DNA of 64,000 bases, from NCBI GenBank assembly GCA_964519335.1, contig CAZFIA010000005.1, positions 12,249-76,248 on the forward strand, written 5' to 3'. This DNA comes from an uncultured Pseudomonadales bacterium. Its GTDB lineage: Bacteria > Pseudomonadota > Gammaproteobacteria > Pseudomonadales > Azotimanducaceae. The notes beneath the pieces are model-generated. The model ran no database searches. It saw only the letters and a list, made by a program, of their open reading frames with translations, and was not told where the DNA came from. This document shows positions 1 through 9,310 of the stretch, one piece after another (within the stretch, counting starts at the first letter, position 1; each line of letters begins with the position of its first letter). Made by a program: the position numbers and the translations under genes.

Positions 1-208
1 ACCGTTCAGCTGGTTCATGCCTTGCGATTCCAGCGTGTCGGATGAAAATGGCTGAGGAGAAACCGCACAACCAGCAACGAAAAGAACAAACAGGCCAAGA
101 ATGAACTTCTCCCATAGCGTCTTATCGCTATCTAAACTACCGGCCAGATACCTGGTTCCGCTCTTCGGTTTTAGCCGGCAATTGTTTGTTCGAGCACGGG
201 TGTTCACA
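1..208 (-). CDS. putative lipoprotein, N-terminal fragment (gene runs off the window start)
   Basis: The reverse-strand frame is open to position 1 and reads ...KFILGLFVLFVAGCAVSPQPFSS..., a hydrophobic signal segment plus lipobox VAG|C. The only canonical in-frame start upstream is GTG at 208-206, so the start is uncertain. Confidence 0.35.
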
Positions 209-617
209 GTTTGTTTCCCAAAGTAGTTGTCGATATGCCGGATTAACGCGCATAGCCTGCAACTCAACCCTAGTAGAGATCGAAGTCGCAACAAGCGAAA
301 AGCGTTAATCAGGTTCAGTTAATGAGCTCGAGTTTTTCGCCGATACTCGCCGCTTTACGCAACAAGAATGTAGCCGGGGAACTTAGGGTTCAGAGTGATC
401 AGCGTCTCGCAACGTTACAATGTTGTAACCTGGGTATGAAACACCCTATGCAGCAAGAAACTGCCAAAGACTTGGCGGGCTTAGCGTTTTATTGGCTTGT
501 ATCGCAACTCAAAGAAACCAATGCTGCTCGATGAAACTCGGAAGAAGTTCTTTGCAGTCGACACTGTCAATTCTTCGCCAGCAGGTTTTATTCAACGATT
601 TGAAACAGTTCACACTC

Positions 618-1538
618 TCAATCTGGGCGAAACTGAATCACTTGCCGCTCATCCGCCTGTTGCTCCCGCGCGATTTCTTCACGAAGGAGTTGCACCTGCG
701 CTACGTTCGACAACGGGTCAAATCCCGCGATCTCATAGATCAGCAACGAAAGTGATTGCGGCATGACTGGAGCTCTGGCATCGGCCTTGCCAAGTCCCGA
801 GTCTTTGCTGTGAGCAACTTCTTCATGATTAAAAAACGAATTAAGCGCCGAGCCAGCGACGACGAGATCAACAAGCTCCAATTTGGAACTCGAACGCGTA
901 TAGCTTTTTAGTCGAGTCGGAATATCAATAATCTCTTTCGGTAGATTCCAACGCTTGAGTATCGCTGCACTTAAAACAATCTGAACCGTCTCCACAATAT
1001 CTTGCAATGCGAAGGTGTCGGTAAAATTCTCATACTCTGCCTTAGCCAGGATGGGATACGCACCAATGTTGTGAACCAACCCCGCAAGCCTTGCGCGCTC
1101 GGAAGATAGCTCGGTGTAATTTCGTGCCAGCACTGCCGCAGCGGCTGCAACATAAGTCGAATCAGCAACAGCCATCCGGTAACGACGTTCGATCATCTCG
1201 TTGGTGGGCTGAAACACCAGTTGATTGGAAAGTCCTGCGGCAAGCTCTGAGGCATATCGCAGGCCAAGCTGTTTGATCGCCAGGCTAATAGATCCCACGG
1301 GGCGGCTTACACTGTGATGAGCCGAGTTGGCGATATGCAGCAACTTACAAGCAAGCCCTGGATCTTGCGCTACTACCTGCGAAAACTCGCGCAGATTTAC
1401 GGCTTCTCTTGCAGTGATCGCCTCAATGCGCGCGTTAGATTCTGGGAGCGTCGGCAACTCAAGATTCTGGTCTTGTACGTCTGAAAGCAACCGGGAATGT
1501 ATACCGGGCGTAGCTTCGGCGAGATTTTGATCGGGCAT
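618..1538 (-). CDS. HDOD domain signalling protein
   Basis: 306 aa ORF with an ATG start. The N-terminal half (LPTLPESNARI...REFSQVVAQDPGLACKLLHIANSA...) matches the HDOD (HD-related output domain) pattern. Confidence 0.8.
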   Translation of the reverse strand: MPDQNLAEATPGIHSRLLSDVQDQNLELPTLPESNARIEAITAREAVNLREFSQVVAQDPGLACKLLHIANSAHHSVSRPVGSISLAIKQLGLRYASELAAGLSNQLVFQPTNEMIERRYRMAVADSTYVAAAAAVLARNYTELSSERARLAGLVHNIGAYPILAKAEYENFTDTFALQDIVETVQIVLSAAILKRWNLPKEIIDIPTRLKSYTRSSSKLELVDLVVAGSALNSFFNHEEVAHSKDSGLGKADARAPVMPQSLSLLIYEIAGFDPLSNVAQVQLLREEIAREQQADERQVIQFRPD

Positions 1539-1550
1539 TGGGCTATTCCA

Positions 1551-2015
1551 CTATTGTTTGATGAACACGACGCGACGATTTTCTGCGCGACCGTTCGCGT
1601 GAGCGTTGGCGGCCATCGGTCGAGACTCGCTATGAGCATCGCTTGTCAATCGAGCAGAATCGACCCCGCGATCCGTCAGGTAGTTAACCACCGCCCCCGC
1701 TCGTCGCGCTGAGAGCGCCTGGTTGAAGGAAACACTGCCCTGGCTGTCTGTATGACCCACAACCAGCAACTTTAAGCTTGGGAAGTTGGCAAGCGTGGAC
1801 GCTATGCGGTCAAGCTTTGCACTTTCGCTCGCATCGAGCGCCGCAGAGTTGGAGGCAAAATAGACCACCGGAAACTCCACGTTAGTCGAGTCGTCGCAGC
1901 AGGTGGCGCTATTGGAGGCTCTTCGAGCGTTGTCCGCAGCTACAGTTTCAGGCACGGATAGAAATGCAAAAAACAGGACAGTGTAAGAAAAAATGATTAG
2001 TTTTCGGGCAAACAT
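1551..2015 (-). CDS. OmpA-family (peptidoglycan-binding) small secreted protein
   Basis: The C-terminal region (VYFASNSAALD...LVVGHTDSQGS..FNQALSARRA..V..YL...G......ENRRVVF) is a classic OmpA_C/Pal-like domain. I place the start at internal ATG 2015 (MFARKLIIFSYTVLFFAFLS = signal peptide). The 284 aa track ORF is an upstream read-through. Confidence 0.8.
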   Translation of the reverse strand: MFARKLIIFSYTVLFFAFLSVPETVAADNARRASNSATCCDDSTNVEFPVVYFASNSAALDASESAKLDRIASTLANFPSLKLLVVGHTDSQGSVSFNQALSARRAGAVVNYLTDRGVDSARLTSDAHSESRPMAANAHANGRAENRRVVFIKQ

Positions 2016-2195
2016 CGTCAAAACGCTCAGTGGTGTCACTACTAGGTATAGCAAGGGCTGAGCGGAATGCCATTTATAAGCTGAATCACCGAGGAGCCAA
2101 CCCCACAACGACCGCGCGCGGCTCTGTGACCCACCCGACATCAATGGCAAAATGAGCATCGGACACAAATTTGCCGCCCTATGGGGCAAATAGCG

Positions 2196-2266
2196 GGACA
2201 GCCATGCAACAGAGAGCTGGACACCCACGCATCCCCTCAAACGGACGACAAAGAGCTGGACACCCA
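2196..2266. repeat. dispersed GGACA(N)CC repeat cluster (3 copies)
   Basis: GGACAGCCATG at 2196-2206, plus two AGAGCTGGACACCCA direct repeats with cores at 2219-2227 and 2258-2266. The last core abuts the ATG at 2266. Confidence 0.7.
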
Positions 2267-2688
2267 TGAAACACCTCATACTGACAGAACACTTTGCAAG
2301 TAGTGCCGACGAAGTTTGGTCCGTAATCGGCGTGCTTGATCGCGTTGATTGGGTGCCTGGCATAGATACCGCCGAGATGAGAGGCGATGAGCGCCACATG
2401 ACCATGGAGGGCCAATCGTCGCTGGTCGAGAAAATTCACAGACACGACAACGAAACGCGAGAGATCGAGTACGGCGTTGTTCAGTCGGGCGTTGGGATTA
2501 CACATCACCGCGCTCATATCCGGTTGCAAGCCACTGAGACCGGCTGCACGCTACACTGGACTCTCGAAATTGAACCAGATGCCTTCAAAGATGTCGTTGG
2601 AGGCATGATGCAAGCGAGTGCAGACGGCATCCGGCAGGTACTCGGAGAGCCGGCGCCGAAGAACGCAGCCAGTATTGACCATTCATGA
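2266..2688 (+). CDS. SRPBCC (Bet v1/START-like) superfamily protein
   Basis: 140 aa. Size and pattern (ADEVWSVIG...DRVDW.PG....E....) are typical of polyketide cyclase/SRPBCC small ligand-binding proteins. ATGA overlap with the next gene. Confidence 0.65.
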   Translation: MKHLILTEHFASSADEVWSVIGVLDRVDWVPGIDTAEMRGDERHMTMEGQSSLVEKIHRHDNETREIEYGVVQSGVGITHHRAHIRLQATETGCTLHWTLEIEPDAFKDVVGGMMQASADGIRQVLGEPAPKNAASIDHS

Positions 2689-3743
2689 ACTTCGGCAGCG
2701 ACAACGCAACTGGCGCATCAGATTCTGTTCTAGCTGCTATTCAAGAAGCGAATCAAGGCACCACGGCCGGTTACGGCGCGGACCAATGGACCGACCGGGC
2801 GCACAACCGGCTGGAAGAGGTGTTTGAAAGTGAATTGGACGCCTACTTCGTAGCCACGGGAACTGCTGCAAACACTTTGGCACTGGCGAGCATGGTACAA
2901 CCCTGGGAGAGCATTCTATGCCACGCCGAGTCCCATGTTGCTAACGATGAATCAACCGCGCCAGAGTTTATGACCGGCGGGGCTCGACTGGTGCCGCTCT
3001 CGGCAGGCCACGGCAAACTTGAAACCGCGGATTTAGAGCACTATTTCGCAACGGCTGGAACTCTTGTTCCGCACAATTCAAAAGTAGCCGCCTTGTCTCT
3101 GACCCAGAGCAGTGAGTTAGGAATGGTCTACACGCCGGATGAAATTGCCGGACTGACTCAAGTGGCTCAAAATAATGGGGCACGTGTGCACATGGACGGC
3201 GCCCGTTTCGCCAACGCTGTTGCAGCGATCGGTTGCTCACCCGCAGAGCTAAGCTGGCAGGCTGGTGTCGACGTCTTGTGTCTAGGCGCAACCAAGTGCG
3301 GGGCGCTGGCTGCAGAAGCGGTGATCTTCTTTAACAAGAAGCTCGCCGATGGTTTCATACACCGTCGAAAGCGCAGCGGGCACTTACTAAGTAAAGGGCG
3401 GCTCTTCGGTGCCCAGTTTGAAGGCTGGCTAAAAGACAACCATTGGCTAGAACTGGCGAGTCACGCCAACGCGATGGCGGGCACATTGGCCTTTCAACTG
3501 CAACAGATGCAAGGGGTTCGAATGGCATGGCCTGCTCAAGCAAACGAGATATTTGCGATAATCCCCGACGACCTACATAACCGCTTGAGCGCGTCAGGCG
3601 CCGTGTACTACGAATGGCCTGCAACTGCACTGGCCGATCATGATCGACTTGAGCCCGGAGAAGTCTTGATTCGTTTGGTAACCTCTTTTGAAACACACCC
3701 TGAAGAGATTGCGCAATTCGTAGACACTGCAAGCCGCAAGTAA
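2685..3743 (+). CDS. ltaE: low-specificity L-threonine aldolase (beta-eliminating lyase family, PLP)
   Basis: 352 aa. The N-terminus FGSDNATGASDSVLAAI and the overall layout resemble threonine aldolases. Confidence 0.8.
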   Translation: MNFGSDNATGASDSVLAAIQEANQGTTAGYGADQWTDRAHNRLEEVFESELDAYFVATGTAANTLALASMVQPWESILCHAESHVANDESTAPEFMTGGARLVPLSAGHGKLETADLEHYFATAGTLVPHNSKVAALSLTQSSELGMVYTPDEIAGLTQVAQNNGARVHMDGARFANAVAAIGCSPAELSWQAGVDVLCLGATKCGALAAEAVIFFNKKLADGFIHRRKRSGHLLSKGRLFGAQFEGWLKDNHWLELASHANAMAGTLAFQLQQMQGVRMAWPAQANEIFAIIPDDLHNRLSASGAVYYEWPATALADHDRLEPGEVLIRLVTSFETHPEEIAQFVDTASRK

Positions 3744-3753
3744 AGCCTTAGCT

Positions 3754-4701
3754 CTACGTGTAGGTGGCGGCCAAACCGTTAACCGTTGCAAAGAACTCAT
3801 CACGAACTTCTTCGATTACATCTTTTACTGGCCGAACAGAATCGATGCGTCCTGCCACCTGCCCGGTTAACGCGATACTCGAATTCATGTCGCCGCCGAA
3901 ATAGAGGTCCTGGGCATTGCCAAAATCACCCATCACATTTCGCTCGGTTGCTTTTTCGAGCTCTGTAGACTTATCGGTTCGAAGCGCGCGCAACGCGGGA
4001 GAATGAAACCGGTTTAGAAAGACAGTATCGGTTTCTTCTGCATCGACAATGGCATTTTTCCAGTTGTCATGAACCGGAGATTCGGCAGCAGATACCATGC
4101 GCGTGCCCATCTGCACAGCCTCTGCACCCAAAGCAAACGCGGCGGCCATCGACTTACCGTCCACAAATCCACCTGCAGCAATAATGGGTACATCGACCTT
4201 AGAACGAACTAATGGCAAAAGCACCATAGTGCTAACGTCTCTCGGATTCTTAAACCCGCCACCTTCACCGCCCTCAACAACCAATCCATCTACGCCCGCT
4301 TCCACTGCCTTAAGTGCAGCCGCTAAACTTGGCACAACGTGAAAGACGGTGAGACCAGCTTCTTTTAGAGTCCTCGTGTACCGTTCAGGGTTGCCAGCGG
4401 ATGTCGTTACAAAGCGAACACCTTGATCAATGACAAATTCGACAATCGTCGGATCGCGAACAAATGCCTGGGCTATGTTTACACCGAACGGCTTATCGGT
4501 GAGCGTGCGCATTTTCTTGATCTCTTCGCGGATGACGTCCAGTTCACCCGACGAGGTTTCAATGATTCCCAGACCTCCTGCATTGGACACCGCTGATGCG
4601 AGCTGAGAGCGAGCGATCCAGCCCATTGGCGCTTGCACGAGCGGAATGTCTACGCCGAGCAGTTCTGTCAGCCGATTATTGAATTTACCTGAAGAGGTCA
4701 T
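3754..4701 (-). CDS. nitronate monooxygenase / NAD(P)H-dependent flavin oxidoreductase (NMO family)
   Basis: 315 aa. Motifs IPLVQAPMGWIA...SNAGGLGII and GGF.DG are characteristic of the 2-nitropropane dioxygenase/FabK-like TIM barrel. Confidence 0.8.
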   Translation of the reverse strand: MTSSGKFNNRLTELLGVDIPLVQAPMGWIARSQLASAVSNAGGLGIIETSSGELDVIREEIKKMRTLTDKPFGVNIAQAFVRDPTIVEFVIDQGVRFVTTSAGNPERYTRTLKEAGLTVFHVVPSLAAALKAVEAGVDGLVVEGGEGGGFKNPRDVSTMVLLPLVRSKVDVPIIAAGGFVDGKSMAAAFALGAEAVQMGTRMVSAAESPVHDNWKNAIVDAEETDTVFLNRFHSPALRALRTDKSTELEKATERNVMGDFGNAQDLYFGGDMNSSIALTGQVAGRIDSVRPVKDVIEEVRDEFFATVNGLAATYT

Positions 4702-4756
4702 TGGAGATTCCTTGAGTTACTTCTATTTGCTTCGGCAGTCATCGCGTACGGCGGAC

Positions 4757-6418
4757 TTAGCCCGCGGAAGATTGCCGCAGATCAGGTAGCTGATAGCCTT
4801 TTGCGTCGAGATCTGCACGAACAACTTTCTTATCCATCTTGCCCGTAGTGGTAAGTGGAATGGTGTCGATGTAGAGCACTTCGTCGGGCAGCTGCCATTT
4901 AGCGAAGGCGGTGGCGCAATGATCGAGCACTTGTTGTTCGCTCACCTCAGCACCTTCTTCAAGAACAATGAGTGCTACCGGCCGTTCATCCCATTTCGGA
5001 TGCGGCTGCGCGACGACGCATGCCGCGGCGATGCCTTTGATTGCAACAATGTGGTTTTCGAGATCCACTGAAGAGATCCACTCACCGCCGCTTTTAACCA
5101 GGTCTTTGGAGCGATCGCTAATAATGAGGTATTCGTCAGAATCAATCTTTCCGACGTCGCCAGTGATGAGCCAGCCATCGTGAAATTTCTCAGGTTGCGG
5201 ATCGTTGTAGTACTCGCTGCAAATCCACGGACCTCGTATCAATATTTCTCCGACGCTCTCGCCATCATGAGGCACGCGATTGAACTCCTCGTCAAATATG
5301 TCGAGCTCAAGGCCCGGCATGAGTTGACCGGCTTTGGCAACGTTTTCGAATTGATCATCTTCACTAAGCTCAAGATGTTGTCGCGTCATTACGCGGCGTG
5401 AAAGAGTGGCGAGGGGGCTGGTTTCGGTCATGCCCCAACCCTGAATCATCTCTACGCCGAGTGTGTCCCAATACCATCGGATCAGGGAAGGTGGTGGTGA
5501 GGATCCGCCGCAAGTGAGTCGCTGCAGCTTGGACAGATCAAGACTCGACGGATCTGCTTCATAAAGAGATTTCACACCTTGCCAGATGGTGGGGACACCA
5601 GCAGACAGCGTGACGCCTTCATCGGCCATTAAGCGAGCGAGTCGCACTGGATCCATGAAGCGATGGGGTAAAACTTGCTTTGCCCCAAGCATAGTTGCGC
5701 TCCAGGGAATGCCCCAGCCCATGGCATGAAACATAGGCACAATACCGCATATAGAGTCGGCGCCTGAAAGCCCCATCGAATCAGTCATGCACTGCGTCAT
5801 GGTATGTAGGTACTGCGAGCGATGCTCGTACTCAACGCCTTTTGGATTACCCGTAGTTCCACTGGTGTAGCACAAACCCAGTGGCGAATTCTCGTCGATC
5901 TGAGGCCAACCGAAATCAGTCGGCTTGCCGGTAATAAAATCTTCGTAATCTTGAGCACCGGGCAGGTCGCTGGACCAACCCTCGAAGCCCTCTTCAGTCG
6001 CAACGACAACCTTTGCGACACTAGGCATGCGCCCTTTCAATTTCTCGAGCAGAGGCAAGACATCGGCATCAACGATGATCAGCTTGTCTTGCGCATGATC
6101 GATAATGTACTCAAGGTCATTATCGGACAGCCTGACATTCAGCGTGTGCAAGACCGCGCCCATACATGCGATCGCGTGGTAAGCCTCGAGATGCCGAGAG
6201 CCGTTCCACATGAACGTCCCCACACGATCGCCAACTTCTATTCCCGACTCTTTGAGTGCATGAGCCAGCTGATGGGCTCGATTACGGGTCTGTAGATAGG
6301 TTTGGCGTCGAACGCCTTTCTCTGTCGCCGTCACGATCTCTTCGTTCGGCGCAACCTTCGCTCCCCGATCCAGCAAATTCGACATGAGCAGAGGTGTTCG
6401 CTGCATTGCCATAGTCAT
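4757..6418 (-). CDS. AMP-dependent acyl-CoA synthetase (fatty-acid--CoA ligase family)
   Basis: AMP-binding motif YTSGTTGNPKGV, plus GWGMTE and a C-terminal TGKMDKK. I chose the start at ATG 6418, preceded by AAAAGGGGGA (Shine-Dalgarno) on the minus strand. The track ORF begins 10 codons earlier. Confidence 0.85.
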   Translation of the reverse strand: MTMAMQRTPLLMSNLLDRGAKVAPNEEIVTATEKGVRRQTYLQTRNRAHQLAHALKESGIEVGDRVGTFMWNGSRHLEAYHAIACMGAVLHTLNVRLSDNDLEYIIDHAQDKLIIVDADVLPLLEKLKGRMPSVAKVVVATEEGFEGWSSDLPGAQDYEDFITGKPTDFGWPQIDENSPLGLCYTSGTTGNPKGVEYEHRSQYLHTMTQCMTDSMGLSGADSICGIVPMFHAMGWGIPWSATMLGAKQVLPHRFMDPVRLARLMADEGVTLSAGVPTIWQGVKSLYEADPSSLDLSKLQRLTCGGSSPPPSLIRWYWDTLGVEMIQGWGMTETSPLATLSRRVMTRQHLELSEDDQFENVAKAGQLMPGLELDIFDEEFNRVPHDGESVGEILIRGPWICSEYYNDPQPEKFHDGWLITGDVGKIDSDEYLIISDRSKDLVKSGGEWISSVDLENHIVAIKGIAAACVVAQPHPKWDERPVALIVLEEGAEVSEQQVLDHCATAFAKWQLPDEVLYIDTIPLTTTGKMDKKVVRADLDAKGYQLPDLRQSSAG

Positions 6419-6490
6419 TCCCCCTTTTATTCTATAGCCGCCGATCATAGCAAAAGGCGCACAGGCGGGCGGGGGAAATGGCGGGCAGCA

Positions 6491-6620
6491 GAAAATTCAG
6501 GACAGCCAAGCATTTCGACCTGAACGGAATATTCGAGACCGGAAAATCGAGGACAGCCAAATATTGCGCTTCGAAACGGGCGATTCCGCTGGAGCAGAAA
6601 CCTGGATGTCCCAAATTCTC
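6491..6620. repeat. dispersed GGACA(G/T)CC repeat cluster (3 copies, + + -)
   Basis: GAAAATTCAGGACAGCCAAG (6491-6510), GAAAATCGAGGACAGCCAAA (6542-6561), and reverse-strand GAGAATTTGGGACATCCAGG (6601-6620). Confidence 0.85.
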
Positions 6621-6814
6621 TGAAACACTCGCCATTTATTGGAGAGCAGAATCGCAGATAGATCAGATGCTCTCTGCGCCTAAGTTCTGCCAACTCGATG
6701 AGCAATAGGCGCACTAGCCATTGTGTCGCCTACTATCGCGATATCAAAGTCTTTGACTGCAACGCCCCCTTTTAGTGACAGAGCACTCTAAGCGAAGCAA
6801 CTCGAGTCTGTCCT

Positions 6815-7879
6815 TCACAGCTGCCCCACTAGGGACAATTTGAAAATCACGTCTGCAGCTGCCGCACCACTCAGATCTTCAATCAGCGCCAACTCGACCC
6901 TAGCCTTGGGAGTAAGATCCACCTGGAAACCCAGCGTCCCCTGCAAGACCGTCTCCCCCAAGTGCGATAACTCGGCATCGAAAAGGGCACCATGTGCATC
7001 AAGCTGCGCAAGCAGCCCAAGTCGATTCCGCCGCCCCAATCGCTTTCGTAGGCCAAGGTGGCCATAAGGAACTAAAGCCTCGCGCCGGTCACGTAACAGA
7101 TCGCCTTTACCTATGAACGTTACACCAGCACCTAGCGAAAGTTGGACACCCAAGATAGACAGTAACGCTTCGTCTACGTAATCGAACCCCAGAGCAACAT
7201 CAACAGCGCCGGAGCCACTAAGACTGCGCGCCCGGCCCGTCGGTAGCTTGAGATGCAACCGAGAGACCAGCGAACGGTTTGGCGCCTCATAAATTCCATA
7301 CCCGAGCCACCCTCGGACATCACCGAGATTAGACGATTTACCATCCACATCGATTTCAAGAGCTCCATCCGCAAGAACCAAGTAATCGGTTGCTCCTCGT
7401 TCAGTCGAGGGTCGATCGCCGTCAGGCAGGCCGAACAAGTCATGGAACTCATCAATCAAGCCATCAAATCTGCCGCCCGAATGAACCACCCATGGGATTT
7501 CCAGCCCACCTTCCCAGCGATTAAGAAATCCTCGCTTAACAGTGTAGGAAAACGTCGAAGTTTCTCCATCCAGAAATACGAACTCAGAGGCACTAACCCC
7601 CCCCGTAAAGCTATTTGCAGCGTCAACATTGAATCTCAGACGCCAACCTTCAGCCCGCGCACCACGCATCGCTGGTAGACCAAAAATTTGCGCAAGCGGG
7701 GAGGTGTTACGCAATTCAAGAGTTTCTCCCGCAGCCTCCGCCTGAGGGGCAAAAGAAACAAGGATAGAGGCTAAACAGCCGATCGTTAGAACATTCGATC
7801 GCTTGACCCGACGGAGCCTAGTTAGTTCGAATATCGAAAGTTTGGGACAGCCAAACATTGGGAACAATTGCCATTGCAT
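6815..7879 (-). CDS. secreted/outer-membrane hypothetical protein (possibly DUF3187-like)
   Basis: 354 aa ORF. The N-terminus carries RLRRVKR followed by a hydrophobic stretch and AEA (signal peptide). An alternative ATG lies at 7858. Codons 9-13 (FGCPK) are encoded by a copy of the dispersed repeat, so the true start is uncertain. Confidence 0.55.
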   Translation of the reverse strand: MQWQLFPMFGCPKLSIFELTRLRRVKRSNVLTIGCLASILVSFAPQAEAAGETLELRNTSPLAQIFGLPAMRGARAEGWRLRFNVDAANSFTGGVSASEFVFLDGETSTFSYTVKRGFLNRWEGGLEIPWVVHSGGRFDGLIDEFHDLFGLPDGDRPSTERGATDYLVLADGALEIDVDGKSSNLGDVRGWLGYGIYEAPNRSLVSRLHLKLPTGRARSLSGSGAVDVALGFDYVDEALLSILGVQLSLGAGVTFIGKGDLLRDRREALVPYGHLGLRKRLGRRNRLGLLAQLDAHGALFDAELSHLGETVLQGTLGFQVDLTPKARVELALIEDLSGAAAADVIFKLSLVGQL

Positions 7880-7921
7880 AGTCCCAGCACTCCTAGCGTA
7901 AAAATAAACAGGACAGCCAAC
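7836..7921. repeat. dispersed GGACA(G/T)CC repeat cluster (2 copies, + +)
   Basis: GAAAGTTTGGGACAGCCAAA (core 7845-7855) and AAATAAACAGGACAGCCAAC (core 7911-7921). Confidence 0.8.
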
Positions 7922-8026
7922 TAAAAGCGGCCACGTGTGAGTCTACTACTGGAAGAGTACTCGGGACTAACCCGTGGACGCGTTAACCGAAACAGATCCC
8001 TAGCTCACGCGCCCCACATAGGCCTG

Positions 8027-9310
8027 CTAGTCGCCGAAGCAGCGTCTGATGTCAGCGCCGAGAGCAGAGAGCCTCTCCTCCAAACGCTCATAGCCCCGGT
8101 CTATCTGCACCACGTTGTGAATGGTGGTTTCTCCTTTTGCAGCCAAAGCTGCAATAACCATCGCCATACCAGCACGTATATCAGGAGAATTCAGCGAAAT
8201 TCCGTGCAGCTGCCGAGGTCCAGCAACAACTACGCGATGAGGATCGCACTGCACTATTCCTGCACCCATTGCGATGAGCCGATCTACAAACACCAACCGC
8301 CGGTCAAAAAGGCGTTGGCTGATCAAAACCGATCCTTGGCATTGCGTGGCCAGAACGATGGCAATACTTATGAGATCTGGGGGAAAGCCTGGCCAAGGTA
8401 AATCAGCAATTTTAGGCGTCGCACCATCAAATTCTGAATCTATTCTCAATTCCTGGCTGTCCGCTATTACTATGTCATCTCCATCGACATCCCAGGTAAC
8501 CCCGAGTCGCCCAAAAGCTGCCTGAGTGATCCTCTGATTTTCCGGTTGTGCCCCAACTATACGTAAAGAGGATCGCGTGGCCGCCGCAAGAGCGATGAAC
8601 GAACCAACTTCCATATAATCAGGCGCTACTGTGAATTCCGCACGGGAGAGAGCCGAGACACCAACTATCGACAACGTGTGAGTTCCAACCCCAGTTATGC
8701 GTGCGCCCATGGCTATAAGGCAGCGACACAAATCCTGAACATGCGGCTCAGTGGCAGCTTGAGATATTCGCGTTGTGCCAGTAGCCAATACGGCGCATAG
8801 AACAGCTTGTTCGGTGCCCGTAACGCTCATCTCATCCAGGAACAGATCCGTCGCCCGAAAGCCCTGGCTGGAAAGAACGTGGGTACCGCCCTCAACATCG
8901 ATTACTGCTCCAAAGGCTTTAAGCGCTAGAAGGTGGGTGTCCAAATTTCGGCGGCCAATTCGATCGCCGCCAGGTTGAGTAAGGCGTGTTCGGCCAAAGC
9001 GCGCGAGCATCGGAGCCGCCAGAAGAACTGAAGTTCTGATCTGCGCACTGAGTTCAGGGTCAGGGATTTGGTTCTTTAGACCGGAGGCATCAATCACGCA
9101 CCTGTGATCTGCAAAATGTACCTCGGCACCAAGACCTCGAATCAGTCGAAGCTTGGTGCGAACATCGCCAATATCTGGAACGTTGTGCAACACAAGGGGC
9201 TCATCAGACAGCAGGGCCGCAGCAATGAGCGGCAGCGCCGCATTCTTGTTGCCCCGGGGGGTAATCTTACCGCTAAGCGGCTTTCCGCCGCGAATCTTGA
9301 AGTAACTCAT
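8027..9310 (-). CDS. murA: UDP-N-acetylglucosamine 1-carboxyvinyltransferase homologue (EPSP-synthase fold), Asp-type active site
   Basis: 427 aa. It aligns by eye with E. coli MurA along its length (GNKNAALP, PGFPPD, DIRAG..., IDRGYERLEERL.ALGA). The active-site loop reads PGGDRIGRR where E. coli has PGGCTIGAR. Confidence 0.85.
   Translation of the reverse strand: MSYFKIRGGKPLSGKITPRGNKNAALPLIAAALLSDEPLVLHNVPDIGDVRTKLRLIRGLGAEVHFADHRCVIDASGLKNQIPDPELSAQIRTSVLLAAPMLARFGRTRLTQPGGDRIGRRNLDTHLLALKAFGAVIDVEGGTHVLSSQGFRATDLFLDEMSVTGTEQAVLCAVLATGTTRISQAATEPHVQDLCRCLIAMGARITGVGTHTLSIVGVSALSRAEFTVAPDYMEVGSFIALAAATRSSLRIVGAQPENQRITQAAFGRLGVTWDVDGDDIVIADSQELRIDSEFDGATPKIADLPWPGFPPDLISIAIVLATQCQGSVLISQRLFDRRLVFVDRLIAMGAGIVQCDPHRVVVAGPRQLHGISLNSPDIRAGMAMVIAALAAKGETTIHNVVQIDRGYERLEERLSALGADIRRCFGD

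Noticed and set aside
1551-2405. The full 284 aa ORF as the OmpA-like gene, and analogous 5'-extended track ORFs for pal (to 32506), cpoB (to 32004), queE (to 30761), ruvB (to 37240), argC (from 58589), the esterase (from 53967), PP2C (to 13414) and SDR (to 29034).
   Set aside because: The extensions overlap upstream genes or have no homology. Internal starts give proper signal peptides or lipoboxes, or N-termini that match the families.
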